A stretch of DNA of 64,000 nt from Antedon mediterranea (Eukaryota; Animalia; Echinodermata), in the NCBI RefSeq assembly GCF_964355755.1, contig NC_092676.1, positions 28,724,871 through 28,788,870 of the forward strand, given 5' to 3'. The notes beneath the pieces are model-generated. The model saw nothing but the letters and a program-made list of their open reading frames with translations. It made no database searches and was not told the DNA's origin. How positions within the stretch are numbered: the first letter of the stretch is position 1; each line of letters begins with the position of its first letter. Both the position numbers and the translations under genes were made by a program. Below are positions 1 through 23,480 of the stretch, piece by piece.

Positions 1-9799
<9,799 letters not shown>

Positions 9800-11090
9800 C
9801 CTGTATATTCAAGTTTCTCTTTGGAGTTTTTAAACGCTGTTGCATAATATGAATGTTTATTAAGTGTGTTGCATATGACGATTTTAAAGGAGGAAAGTAC
9901 GAAAGATTTAATTCACTCAATGGTTTCACCATTTGTGATTAACTCCTAAACCCACGCATCTTCTTTCTAGATAAAAACAAATCTATGGAAAATAGTTTTC
10001 AAACAATTTGTTAAACCAATTGCAAACGGTTTCTACATAGAATTCTATGAAAAAAATCTGTTTTTCCACAAGGCCATTGGTGGCATATTATTCAACGTTT
10101 AATAAGCATCATCAAGAAGTTCAACCCTTTGCAGACAATGAAATAAAGCTTTGGAACTATGTTCATTAAATGAACTTCAAATTGCATGAAGTCAGAATGA
10201 GATGTTTACGTTGTTGAAACTTCCACCAGATGTATGTTAGCATCTTCAAGTCAGATGTACTGCTGTAGTACAGTTGTTAGAGCTGCCCTTGTTAATTAAA
10301 CAAATAAAGAGGATGTTTTAGCTAATTTGCAAAGTCTTTAATTTGAGGTTTGCGATTCACAGTGGATTGTTTCCATAGATGACCAGTTTTTAGACGGGTC
10401 TAAAATTAAAATGACTAGTTACTTATAAGGTCTAGTTTTTAATTTGAGTTCTGTAATTTGGGGTTAGGGTTAGGTTGTGTCAATGATTCAAAATATTATT
10501 ATTATTTTGTGGAATTATTATAATTTACTAAAATAAATTTTATGTTAAATAATATAATGTTATATATTTATATAGTTTTGTTTAAAATCTATTTTATGTT
10601 TCATATATCAAAAAGTAGTTGTTGTTGTGTAGTAATATAATTTGTAAACTTAAATGCAAAGAAAAATGTAATCTATTTTGGTAATTGGGGCAAACATTTG
10701 TAATTATAAATTAGAGATTTATTTGTTGTTTGTACTTAAGGTATTATGATATTGAAAACATATCAAGAATTTTATTATAAAAAAGGAAAATCATGATTTT
10801 TAAAAAAGCATGATTGAAGTTTGAAAGCAACTAAATGCATCTTAAAAAAATAAATAATTCTTAAAAAATAATAAATTTTAAAGATTATTTCTGGAAATCA
10901 ATAACAACATTATTTATGTTATAATTCTTGTTTTTATGCAATAGATTTATAATAATAGTATTTCTATACCAGCATTTAAACATACAATACTGATTTGGAT
11001 ATAGGCCCTCTGTTAGTATATTAAGACGCCACCTGAAAAGTTAAGTGCACCTCCTGAACTTGACATTGCCTACGAGGGTGGACTTGGGCC

Positions 11091-11184
11091 TGAGCCAGTA
11101 AGTGAGCGGGCTTATGCTCGAGCCAGTAAGTGAGCGGGCTTACGTTCGAGCCAGTAAGTGAGCGGGCTTATGCTCGAGCCAGTA
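11091..11184. repeat. 28-bp GC-rich tandem repeat (gagccagtaagtgagcgggcttatgctc) x ~3.3
   Basis: Directly visible within AT-rich DNA downstream of the MYRF stop. Confidence 0.9.
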
Positions 11185-14100
11185 TTGTTTATTTGTAAGA
11201 TTATTTTTAATAATTAATCATCAGTTTTTATGATAATTGTACTATTATTATTTCTATTAATATTGTTTTGTCTGTAATATTCTTTGTATAAATATTGTAA
11301 ATAACCCAGAAAGTTTGAACCAAAGTTCATTGAACTTTAACTAATCAAGCAAAGTGAATATGTAAATAAGGTTGACCTCCGAAAGTCAATGTTTCCTAAT
11401 CTTGATATGTTGAACGAATGCAAGGAAAAATTGACTAAGAATTTGTATATATGTTTAAGCAGAAATAGACTGAATTGGAGTGGTTGTATGGTTCTTGTGT
11501 GGGGGTGTGTGCGCTTTTGTGTATGAGTGAATGTTGCCATTTTACTACTTATATAATTCTATTTTCACAATTTTGATCTTTTTTAAATGGAAATGTCTGT
11601 AAAAAAAAAAATCTATGCAAATTAAATTTGGATTTTATTAAATTTTTATATTCCTGTGTGTGAGAGAGTTGAATTTACGAGTGTGAGCAATAATACTGTA
11701 ATTTTTAAAAAGTCTACTATTGATAAAAATTGTATTTTTACAAGAGCGCTATTTGACATTTTAAAAATGAAATATGTTTTAACTAAACATACTGAAATTG
11801 TGTATGCATATATTATGTATGCGTACTGTATATTTTGATCAAATCTATTGGAATACATCATTAGACATATCTAATTACGGTATATTTGCCGTCTTTACCT
11901 GAAATACATTCACAAACAATGCACAAATCAATGTGAATTCTGTATTCATCGAAAATTATAAATATGCAAATTTGTTTTAAGGTCACAACCTTTCAACTAT
12001 CACCTTGTTTAATGTTTTTCAAAAGCTGTGAAATTCAGTATACATTATATACAAATATATTATAAATGTATATTTATACCAATATGCTGAATTTATACTT
12101 AAATGATACTCTGCAGAGATAACATAATTATACAAACACATTTTATTTAGTGTATTATAACTGTGATGTTATATAAGGTCATCATGTTTTATTATGTAAT
12201 TTAAAGATCTAAGCATGGGGGATAAAAAGTGTGTGTGTTTGTGAACAGTACTTCGAGGTTTTTAGGGAGGGGGAGGGGAGAAGGGTGGGGGTTGACAGAT
12301 GGAGTATGGTACTAAGCTACAGCTGGTTAGCACATATCTTCCATATAAAAGTCCCTGTTTTTTGTTACATGCATTTGATTTGTCAAATTGAATATTATAA
12401 GAGGTTGGCATAAATGTTTACCACAATGGTATCGTTGCATTACTGTATCCTTAAGTTGCTGTAAATTATATTACTGTATCCTTAAGTTGCTGTAAATTAT
12501 ATTACTGTATCAGTTGTTGTAATTTTTTTTTAATAAGTAACATGAAAAGGATGCTATTTGGATAATGCATAGAGTATTGTTTTATATGGAAAGTGCTTAA
12601 ATGAAGTGAAATATTTTTATTTTAGGTAGGTAAGGATGAAACTTCTCTTTATCACAGACATATCATTATATAGAATGAGATTATATTTTTGATAACGTGT
12701 AAAAAAGGCAAATATTTGGGGATAATTTTCTATTATATTTGTATCATCAGGATTGTTGTATATAAAAGCATGTCATTATTGAATGTTGCCAGCTTCTTGT
12801 TGTCATGGCAATATATTTTCCTAATTGCCATGACATGTTTCGGTTACCAAGACAATAACATTGTGTTTTCATAACACTGTCACCAAAAAAATTAACTAAA
12901 ATGCTGAAAATATTTTTTCATTTCTTAAAAATTAATCATCATTAGTATTTGTATGGGGATTATATTGTGTACAGTTGTTCTATACCAGGCTGATTCGTTT
13001 TTAATTTTGACTTAAATAATATAGTGTTTATTTTATATAACATGCAATGACTTTAAGCGGATACCTTTGTCGATCTTAAGACAATATTTCAATAAAGGCA
13101 TTACTCAATGTTCGTTTAAGTAATTTTTTTGTCATTGTCATTATTGTAAAAAAAAATTATTAATTTAAAAAAAAGGATTAATGGCCAAGCATTTGATGTT
13201 TTCATTTTCTTATGCATATCCATTGTCCTAACATTAGTTGAGTATTGTTTATTGTTTTTTTCAAATATTTATTATTGCTACAATTTTTTAACGCACGCGT
13301 CAAATTTTCGTCTAATCGTCTGTGCATGGATTAATGAATATTCATTAATCCATGATCCGTGTCAGTTACTTGTAAGGACCTTTCGTTGTGAGGACCTTTC
13401 GTGACGTCATAAAATCCTTATCCAATCAAATATCTTCTTTGCTAATTACCTAATAACTGTTTAATTAATTAATGAAAGTTCACTTTGTAACGAAAACAAG
13501 TTGTAATCTTTAATTGTATACAAGTTTACAGTATGTAACTCTAGAAACTGTATATAATAGGTAACGCTGTTTTTCTGTAATGTGACTCTAAACCTCTATT
13601 GAAGGTTTACTTTTATTGTAACCGCTTACTTTTCTGCAACGTTATTAATGTGCAGACGGCGGCTTGAGCAACATTATTAATTTTGGTATTATAAAATGTT
13701 AGATTACAAATGTAACAACGTCACGTACAACAATTCCTGTTAATTCCCAAATCACTCTTACAAAATCACTCAGATTACATGATTTAATAAAGTTTTGATC
13801 TTTGGCAAACATTCAATAAATCATCTTTTTTTTTTAAAGAATAATGTTATCACTTTGAATAATAAATAATTGTAAGCTGATCAAATAATGAATTGAAATA
13901 CCTTTAAAAACTAAATATTACTTAAAACGTTTGGCAAACTTGAACTACTTTTCGTTTTACTTCATTGTGTGTCAGCGGATTCGTTGTCGATGTCGAAATA
14001 AAAGAGTTTATTTTTGGCGATTTGCCTCGATATTTTGATTGAATCTGAAATCGCAGGATTATTACATGATCGTTGGTAACTATAAATAAACAGACAAACA

Positions 14101-17100
14101 CAAATTAAAATACACTCGGCTGAAAACAACTAAAATGAAACAAGGTTTAAATCGTAGGGCTATTGGTGTACGTGACTATGTCCTTTGTAAAGTTATAAAG
14201 CATACAATAACATTTTAGTAATAATAAAAGGAACCGTATTCTAACGTACGTAACGTCTCTTTTGTACGGAGGCCCAAACCGTTCCGGCAAACTTTACAAT
14301 TATAATAATATTAAGGAAAACTGTAGTAGTGACAATGACTTTTCACTATGACCGGACGGCCACCATACTTTTGTTTATCTTTTGTTTGCAGGGCACATAT
14401 TTTTGTTTCTTCCGTGTTATAAAGTGGCTTCCCCTTTTTGGGGTATCTTGGTGGGCACACGTTTTGTTTTTTAAAGAACTTGAGATCAAGCATATTTCGC
14501 ACCAGACTTCTGATTTTACCGTAACACAATTTGTATCTGCAGACGTACCATAGGCGTATATACTGTATGTACTTATGAGTGGGAAATTATTCGCATAAAA
14601 TAGTCCAATAATACTCATTCTAAACTTAGAGCTTAATCTGGCGGCAACAACAGCTAGTCTTGGGTGCAAGTTCTAAAATAAAATAACTGTAGTGTCCAGA
14701 TTGTGGCTTTATCATTATCTTGGTTTCACCGTGTGGATTTATCGAATTACCTAATTCTGCTGACGTGTTCCAATCAATATCTCATTAATTAAAAGATTTT
14801 TTTGATATCTGTATTTTTTGAATTTTTTTTTTAAAGGTTTATGTGTGAAGCCTATTTTTATACGTTTCAAGTTAAGCGAGTTTAGCTAATGCATAGTGAA
14901 ATTCTTATAAAAACTTAATTTAAATTGGCGATTTTCTTCCTTTTTTGGATTAAGAAAAGCCAACTAAAGAGTTGGTAAGCGAATATATGTAAAAAAGTAT
15001 CTATCTGTTTAGGCCTACCATGATTTAAACCTACCCCTGAAAATCAACTTCAACCCCGAATACGCGAAAATGGGGTCAGTGTTAGAAAAAAGTGGAAACT
15101 GCTGTCATGTTTACCCCCTGCGGCTGTATCTAAAACGAAGACCAACCAATAGATCCGCAAAAACATGATGGGATTAATAATATTTTTGTCACCGTTCGTA
15201 TTATTTCATTTTGACTTTTTAACAGCGAATATTTACGTTAGCTGTCAAAGCTGATTAATGTCTTCAAATGATGTTCCTCTTGCGGTCTGGCTCGATTTCC
15301 ACAACTGACGATTACCAAGCTTTTCATGTTTTTCTAAGCAGTTGGTGGTTGTCTAAACCTTGCTTTATCTGTATGATTGATGCTTTGATTGACAGACTGG
15401 TCTTCGGATGAGGACGTCACGGTTAGTTTCGTACTTTATTCTAACTTCACAAAGTCCCCTAAATTGATAAATTTAAAGTCACTTAATTAAAGCAATTACC
15501 GGTAATGATAAATATCATATCATAACAATCGTTGTTAACAGTAAAACAAGCACTTTTGGAAATGCTTGAGGCGCTACTAAACAGATAATTAATTAATAAT
15601 TGATAAATACATATAGATGTACTGATTATGTTTGATGTGTGGCTAATTGTTTATATATCTCATTTACATAATCTATGCATAGTATAGTTATAATTGTCTG
15701 CCTTTGGAATCCATGTTCATTCCTGATGATGATCAGATCAAAATGTTGAATTATGACTTTCCTCTCGTTATTTAGTGTCAGTTTTATACAAATAATATGC
15801 AAATATTAATACACATCTATAATAATATAATGTAATATTATATCTAATTAGCTTAAATCTTGTAACTTCTGTAATGTTTAAATCACTGTAATGTTTCGTT
15901 TCTTTCAGCTCTTCATTTTTTTGTCTAAACTACATCACTATCCGAACGAGAACCAAGTCTCTTCTCCTGGGGTTTGCGTTAAGCATTGCATCAGTGTCTG
16001 GCTGTAAGCATGCTGTAAGTAGCAATTAAATAAGATTGAATACTATATTGTTTTCTTTTGTATTACTATCATAATATTAGGCAACGCCATCAAATCTAAT
16101 GACACTTTTGTTCATTGTCTACACTGAAACAAACCCACGAAATGTGTCTTGTATTTTAACAATATATAAATATATCCTTCGTGGTTTTATTGTTTATTTG
16201 AGTGATGGTATATTTCACCATTAATGATCTCTAGCACGTTTACAAGTTTGAAAACGAAAGTAATGGCATGTTGCCGAGACCAGTAATCCTGTTAACGGGG
16301 TTTAGCGAATCATGATCAAATAAACACATCAAATGTAGTATAAACAAACGAGAAATATTATGGGTTTCCTTATGGGGTTAACATCTCAACCACTTTCCAT
16401 TCTCTGATGAAACAATAAAAAATAAATAGTTCAGTAAAGATTACACAGTGACTTGCAGTGGCATCATTGTATCATCACACAAGATGTTATGCTCGTCCCT
16501 GGTATCACATCATAACCATCATCACCATAACTACGTCCCTGGTATCACATCATAACCATCATCACCATAACTATTTAAAAAAAAGTCTAATTTATATTAA
16601 TAATATAATCATATGCATTGAATCCAAATTATTTCATTGATTTTCAATTCGCAAACGGATTTCTTTGTATTTGGAAAGTTTTAAAATATAACTCTATTTT
16701 AGTTTTAGTTTATTTAATTTAATCGTTTTCCACGTTGGCCCCTCAGTCTCATGACCAATGTAAAGACTCAGTCACAACATCGAATACCACTTCTAGTCCC
16801 CAAGTTCGCTCCATTTTACATCCGTACCACATTATTTCCAAGTCCAATTAAAAAGGGATAAGAACTTTAATGTGGATTTAATGTTGTCTTCCGTTGAACT
16901 AGCACCTCACCGCTGCCGCCGTCCTTAACATATCAACGACGCGGTATTTATTTTGAATCCCCTCAAGTTCAACCATTATAAATACATTATTGTCTTTGTC
17001 GCCGTTTAAGGGGATCTGAAAATCCTTATTACTTTCATTTTACATGATTTATCGGCCATTTTGCCGTATCTGTTATGCATTGTTTGTGTTCGCATTCTAG

Positions 17101-17874
17101 TGGTTTATTTTCATAGTTTAAACGCAAAATGTGCCGTATTTCATGTTTTCTTCACACCTCATTTAAATCCGCGACGGAAATGCGCAAGCCTTGAGATAAG
17201 AGGTATTTTTTTAGTAAATTAGCAAGCAGGGTTACTCCTGACCGTAGTTGCAAAGAGGTGCTTAGTTTTTGACAAGGTCTATGCGAATTTATACATAGTA
17301 GACTTTGACATTTTGATTGGCGCGTATAAGTTTGTTGTCTGACAACGTCAACCAATCCCAGGAGAGCATCAGCCAACTATTCGATAGGGTTTCGTCGTAT
17401 CACTGGCGTAGGAGAGCATTCTGTACAACCACGCTACTCAAACCTCGTCATTTTTTAGATTTGACACTTAAGTGATAGGATAATTACCCTTAGGGAGTGT
17501 CAATTGTATACTGGAATTTTAAACAAACATCATGCTATGTCACTGACAGCCCTAACTGCTTTTCGAATCATATTCAAGTCGATTTCTATTGCTTTCGTTC
17601 AATCAAACATTGATATACAACCATGCTGGAATACATATTGAGATTGGTGGAAATAAGCAAGTATTTGTGCATACGGAAGTTTGTCACAATCGAGTGTTAG
17701 CCAAGATCTGAGCCACTTCAAAAGATGCTTAACATAGCTGCAATCAAGTTATCAAAACGACTTATTTCCGTTGTGTAAACACGTGTGAAGGCTTTATTAG
17801 TAGGCCTAGACAACTGTGATATTACTACACATTGATATTTAAGGATGCTTAAAAGTAGGACTACATTTTCCAAC

Positions 17875-17926
17875 ATGGGTTGTCACAGTGGCTTATTTTC
17901 TTTGAGCCTTATAATGCTTATTACAG
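17875..17926 (+). CDS. Signal-peptide first coding exon A (MGCHSGLFSLSLIMLIT-), probably SCUBE long isoform
   Basis: caacATGg context, hydrophobic stretch, consensus donor cag|gtaagt in phase 1; joins in frame to 22360 to give MGCHSGLFSLSLIMLITVLLPSTSS-RREP. Confidence 0.65.
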
Positions 17927-18859
17927 GTAAGTGTATTATCTTTGTTTGTATGCGATTCACCTTGCATACCAACTTGATTACACATAAACGAAGGTGCTCA
18001 CTCCTAATTTTACGCGCGCGTTCATAAGCTGATAATAAAGTGACGCGCGTGTCAACATTGTGTTGATTTCCTCACGCACTGATGTGGTAAATATGGCCGT
18101 ACTGTGCGTAAAATACTGTTCTCTTTTTAAATCCATTACATTTTTTATAGATAGAATTATGTATTCCCAACATGCAATCATGATTGAGTCCTTACGATTA
18201 CATTTGCAAAGTTGTTTTCGTTGAATTTTTTTTAAATATTTTTTTAGATAAACAAGTTATATAATTTTAACAATAAGGCTGCACTACGTGGCGGGTGGCG
18301 TCATTGCGTTTATCCACCTTAGGTGTTTAAATAGTCAGTGAATTTATACTGGTAGTGATTCGGATTATATCGGATTAATTTTTTATTTGGGGCTAATCTG
18401 TGCGATTGTTAATATATTTTATAAGAGATTAGGTGATGTTTAAGAAATTAACCCACTCAGCGTGGAGCGCCATGAGGGTAGTAGTTGACCAATGGATACA
18501 TAATAGCAAAGTTACATAACCGCTGAATTTTTACAATATGTCTTGTTTGACGTTCCATAACTCACAACTTATAATCCATAACCCAATTCTCAGCCTACTC
18601 GTTGCGTAGGCCATGTTGTTGTGAGTGTGTACTGAGTAGGCCTTAATCGACAAATTCTAAAAACTGTAAATTTTATATTTATTTACAGTCTTTTGTATTG
18701 TTAATATCTCATTTTAATTGCGTAGTTGTTTACCGTAAATCATCAATTTTGATTTCATAAAACTATTTTCACCTGAATTATTTAGCTTTGCCAAAAGCCT
18801 ACTCGATTTTCGCTCATTTAGTTGGAAGATTAAACAAATTTAAAAGACGTTACTATAAA

Positions 18860-18997
18860 AGTTGCTACCCACTCTAGGACGCAACGCAAGGATGGAACAG
18901 CGCAAGCGAATTGACCAATCAAAATCGATGGATTATTTAAATTGTTTCTTGTGATTGGTCAATTCGCTTGCGTCGCGTCCTAATGGGAACCAGGCTT
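18860..18997. mobile_element. MITE family B copy
   Basis: gacgcaacgcaag..ttgaccaatca..ttgtgattggtcaa..gcgtcctaatgggaaccaggct palindromic layout. Confidence 0.75.
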
Positions 18998-19347
18998 AAA
19001 GGTGGTTTACGCGTTTATAAAATTATGTTGACAAGGAATAACAAGAGGGGCACATGTTAGCATGGGTAATCAGCGTGTATCAACCCCGTGTAAGAATTGA
19101 CTGAACCACCAAGCAGCAGGACCCTAACCACTAGTAATTTGTTAGCTATGACGTCATCAATCAATCAAACGTATACTCCATGTCTTGGAATTATGTATTA
19201 TGACATGTCATGTTGTTAATTTGACAAGAGCATGTTGATGGGTCGTCAACGTATTTCCGAGGTCTGTCAATAGATCAACCCTAATACATTTAAAAAGTTT
19301 GTACGTAAAGTAAAGTTTAAAATGCAATGGGGAAATTTTATTAAGAA

Positions 19348-19656
19348 TTTTTATTTTATTTATTACACCTTATTTATAGAGGGTGACCCTAAACAGCGTA
19401 TGCTGGCAATCAAGGGGCCCTCTTGATGAGTGACAGTGGCTGTGTACTAGTAACCCCCTACTTGTCTCGAAAGATGTACTAGGTTCTTTAAAGTGCACAT
19501 GAGCCAGATGTGTACACTGGACCTACGGTTTATAATTCTTATCCAAGACTCGTTCTACCACCAGAACCATGGAGCGAGTTAGGCTCGAACCCTTGCCGTT
19601 GTTAATATGGCAAGGTATTACGGTTCCACTGTCTTAACCGCTTGGCCACTCACCGC
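19348..19656 (-). mobile_element. tRNA-derived SINE with Deu/Nin-like central domain
   Basis: Minus strand: A box tggccaagcggttaag, B box ggttcgagcc, body ggataagaattataaaccgtaggtcc..ctttaaagaacc..ttcgagacaagtagggg (recalls the Deu/Nin domain), A-rich tail aataaataaaataaaa. Confidence 0.75.
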
Positions 19657-20894
19657 GAAGTAACAGATCAGTTTCTTCAAAATATTATTGGGCAAAACAA
19701 AATTAAAAATTCAACACTGACGCGCGCGCCTTACTATCCACTAAACTTTTGAACGCATGCGTCCTAAATCCACTGAGGTTTTGAACGCGCGCGTCAACTT
19801 GTTCATGATGCCACTGCCGATTAGTGTTACAATGAAATATTTAACCAAATTGAATGTTTAATACGTGATAACATCTCGTATACTCTTGGGTTGTAAGTTG
19901 CAATAACTTACGACTTCTCCTTTGTGTGAGGGTCATGTACATACAATACCAGATTTTGATTGATAGATTCTGTTTGACGTATTGCCAATCTTAAGGACAT
20001 TCCTTTATTGAAACTGAATAATATAATTTTAACATATTATTAGTAGAGTTTAGATAAATTAATCATCCATTAAATTCAAACTATTTAAAACTATCGTGTA
20101 TTCAACTATTATTAAATAATACGAATAAATGAAAATGTAAAATTGTTTTTGTATTGTAGTAGATCTGCACCGATGGTGGTTAGCCTCGTATAGACGGAAT
20201 TAGAAGTTCTCATTGGGCTATTGAATAATTCAGCTACATTTATCTTCAAATTAAATGAATTTTAACGGTTGTTTTATCATGAAACGAAACGAAATAACAA
20301 AAATTAGTGACATTTATCTTCTTAATTAAAATGATAATTAACCAAAAGAATATTTATTGCGGTGTAGTAACGACGTGGTTCTTGGAAAGGTCGACGTTGG
20401 CTCGATATTTCATCAAATAAATTATAATTTTATATCTTAGGACTCTATATTCGTCGAGGAAATCTTGTTAACATTTATTACATAGTCAGAGTAGAGGGAA
20501 TTCATTGTAAAGTCTACTAAATGTGACTATTCCCTGGTTGCATGTTTTTATTTAAGCTGTACTGAATGTTTTATTTTCTCTCTTAAAATAGCTCAATATA
20601 TTAAGTTTCTATTCATATAACAATTATAATAATAGTTCCAATAATTTCTTGCATATTTGCAGCAACTGCTTAAATTCTTGAATTATTTTACCCACGTTGG
20701 TAATATTTTAATAATTTAACACTCTCTTCGAACCTATCCCAACATTTTTGGAAATAGTGTTTCGTAGATTGTCAAATGTTACTGTAACCACTGGACCTAT
20801 ATTTCATTTTAAAAAAGTGTCTAGTATTTTGACGCATGGTTCTTAAACACGTATGCACGTATACTGTGTCTACTCTCCTATGCTATGTCGGTTG

Positions 20895-21363
20895 TTATTG
20901 GTCAAGTTTAAGTTATTTGCGTGTTTGCGTTGCGTCCTAGTGTGAAACAAAGCTTAAGTTAGTTGCATGTACGTGTTTGCGCTGCGTCCTAATGTGAACC
21001 AAGCTTAAGTTAGTTGCGTGAATACTTCGTCTTGCGTTTCGTCCTAGTGTGAACCAAGCTTTATTATGTTGCGTGTCGATATCTGCGTTTCGTCCTAGTG
21101 AGAACCAAGCTTAAGTTAGTTGCGTGTACATGTTTGCGTTTCGTCCTAGTTTGAATCAAGCTTAAGTTAGTTGCGTGTACATGTTTGCGTTTCGTCCTAG
21201 TTTGAATCAAGCTTAAGTTAGTTGCGTGTACGTGTTTGCGTTGCGTCCTAGTGGGAACCAAGCTTAAGTTAGTTGCGTGTACTACCGTTTCGTCCTAGTG
21301 TGAACCAAGCTTAAGTTATTTGCGTGTACGTGTTTGCGTCCCAGTGGGAACCAAACTTAAGTT
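20895..21363. repeat. ~51-bp tandem array (about 9 units) built from the right end of MITE family B
   Basis: Unit agttagttgcgtgtacgtgtttgcgttgcgtcctagtgggaaccaagctta contains the family B TIR. Confidence 0.9.
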
Positions 21364-21982
21364 AATGCTAATGAAATTCAAACCGGAAATATTCAGGTAG
21401 CCAGATTATTTATTAGTATAGGCCTAAAATGAAATTTCATAACTCGGAAATGTCAGAGTAAATCAGTCAACAAGTTTTCTTTAATATTTATTGTTTAATA
21501 TTTTATGGCAGTACACTCCTTTAAGAATGTGACTACATACTTGTACACACATAATGCATAATGTATCTTATCTACTGTTGAAGGTCACTGATTATTATAC
21601 ATTCCGTGATTTTCGTAGACTCCCATCTGACTAATGAATGATGACTTGAAATGACATCGCGTAAACTAGGGCATCTTTGTGTAGTACACTCCAGTTAGTC
21701 GTCGTATGCTGGTTATAATTAAATTTTTTCGTGCATTTCTTGCCTGGCCGGATGATGAAAGATTAACAAATATTTAAGGAGACAAAAAAAGACTTTCTAA
21801 TAAACTTTAAAAAATATTCTATTTGAAATTATAAACTTATATAGGCAAGTATTGATTTGCAGAAAGTCGTACTAAATGGAGAGGTTTAAAAAACCACAAT
21901 AACTCGTCATTTACCGTATGTAAAAAATGGAATGTATTCCTAGCAAGTCTACATCTTTTTCGTTGCTATACTTGTCGTAGTC

Positions 21983-22119
21983 TTACCCACTAGAGACGCA
22001 ACACGTAACGCAACGTAGTGATTTGACTAATCACGAGCGATGGATTATTCGAACCGTCTTGTTTGCGTTGCGTCTACGTTCTTGTGTTGCGTTTCTCTAG
22101 TCTAGTAGGAACCAAGCTT
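21983..22119. mobile_element. MITE family B copy
   Basis: cccactagagacgcaac ... ctagtaggaaccaagct. Confidence 0.75.
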
Positions 22120-22359
22120 TAAGTTTATAATATGTTAAATCGACAGTAATGGCACGCGCACGCATAAATACACATTGAAGTACGGTACACTATTTACAAG
22201 CGAAGAGTGGTATTGTAATATAATCTCATTCTTTCCTAACTGTACTAATATTAATACTGTAGTACCAACTGAATCATTGTTGTTTTAGGTAGGCCTACCA
22301 ATTATATTCTTATTAATCACCGTTTTTTATCTTCATTCATCATTTTTATTTTCATAAAG

Positions 22360-23007
22360 TGTTACTACCAAGTACATCGTCTCGAAGAGAACCAGGTGTA
22401 AAGTTAGACCTACGGAGCGGCAATGTAACAGGTTCAAGTGATTGTATACAGATAATCGTGCCCCCAATCCCGTCGAACAACGGACTATGTGACTCCCAAG
22501 CTGTAGTAAAGGTCGACTTCTCTGGAATATGCAAATCTGTCAAGTTTGTCTTGATGTACGGTGATAATCCTACGTTATGGACAGTAGATATATCTGACTC
22601 GCAGACAGGGGACGGGTACGGGGGAAGTCGAGATCAAGTAAAAGCGTCAAACATCGCTGAAACGCAAATATTTAATAGACAGATGCGTATTTACAGCAAC
22701 AGTCTCCCGGGACACACAGACGCAACAATCGACGGGGGATTACTGCTTAAAGTTATTGATAATATTGCAGAAAAAGGAAGTAGATTAACTTTACAAATAA
22801 GTGATGAGAGGATACAGTGGAATAATCACAAATCTGAGAAGGGTGTGATGAGGAACAAGTACCTCTACACTTTAAGCGGACAAGAACCTATATTTGGGGA
22901 TGAACTAGAGTATAATATATATGCAGGATTTAATAGAGTTCCCGGAGGAACGTTTCGGTCGGGAACTGGTCTCTGCGATGTTAATATTTATCCAATAACA
23001 AATGAAG
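22360..23007 (+). CDS. 648-nt phase 1-1 coding exon for an uncharacterised extracellular globular domain; probable SCUBE N-terminal extension
   Basis: Longest non-TE open frame in the 10-34 kb interval; pyrimidine tract + AG at 22358-59; donor gaag|gtaagc; 4 Cys; protein-like motifs WTVDISDSQTGDGYGG, LYTLSGQ, IYAGFNRV..RSGTGLC; no stop, so it must splice downstream. Confidence 0.8.
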
Positions 23008-23082
23008 GTAAGCTCCATCATTTTACTTTTTGTACAGATGATAATAGTTACGTTGTTACAGCAAGTTAGATTGCTTTGTTTA

Positions 23083-23261
23083 AGCTTGGTTCCCACTAGA
23101 ACGTAACGCAAGGACGTAAACGCAACGCAAGTGAATTGACCAATCACAAGCGATGGCTTATTCGCTTGTGATTGCTAACTGTCTATAACTTCGCTTGTCA
23201 TTGGTTGAAACGCTTGCGTTGCGTTTACGTCCTTGCGTTACGTTCTAGTGGGAACCAAGCT
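23083..23261. mobile_element. MITE family B (PIF/Harbinger-like), intact reference copy
   Basis: Long near-perfect TIRs AGCTTGGTTCCCACTAGAACGTAACGCAAGGACGTAAACGCAACGCAAG; TTA duplication at 23080-82 and 23262-64. Confidence 0.9.
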
Positions 23262-23312
23262 TTAGAGTGAAAACTCTCAGGAAAAACCACGCAAGAAAAC
23301 TTATCTTTGTTA

Positions 23313-23480
23313 AGCGCGGTTCCCACTAGAGACACAACGCAAGGTTGTATGCGCAATGCAAGTGAGTTGACCAATGACAAGCCACTGTTCTAATGCTAAT
23401 ACTCCATCGCTTGTGATTGGTCAAATCACTTACGTTGCGTTATGTCCTTGCGTTGCGTCGCTAGAGTGAGAACTAAGCTT
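23313..23480. mobile_element. MITE family B copy
   Basis: agcgcggttcccactagagac ... ctagagtgagaactaagct. Confidence 0.8.

Noticed and set aside
14311-14669. Overlapping short ORFs on both strands
   Set aside because: No protein-like motifs or splice support; consistent with chance, like most 60-100 aa calls in the track.
15909-16015. Exon-like segment with good splice sites
   Set aside because: No recognisable protein and no partner exon found; could be non-coding but is unsupported.
20895-21363. CRISPR-like appearance of regular repeats
   Set aside because: No unique spacers, no cas genes, eukaryotic context; the units derive from a MITE end.
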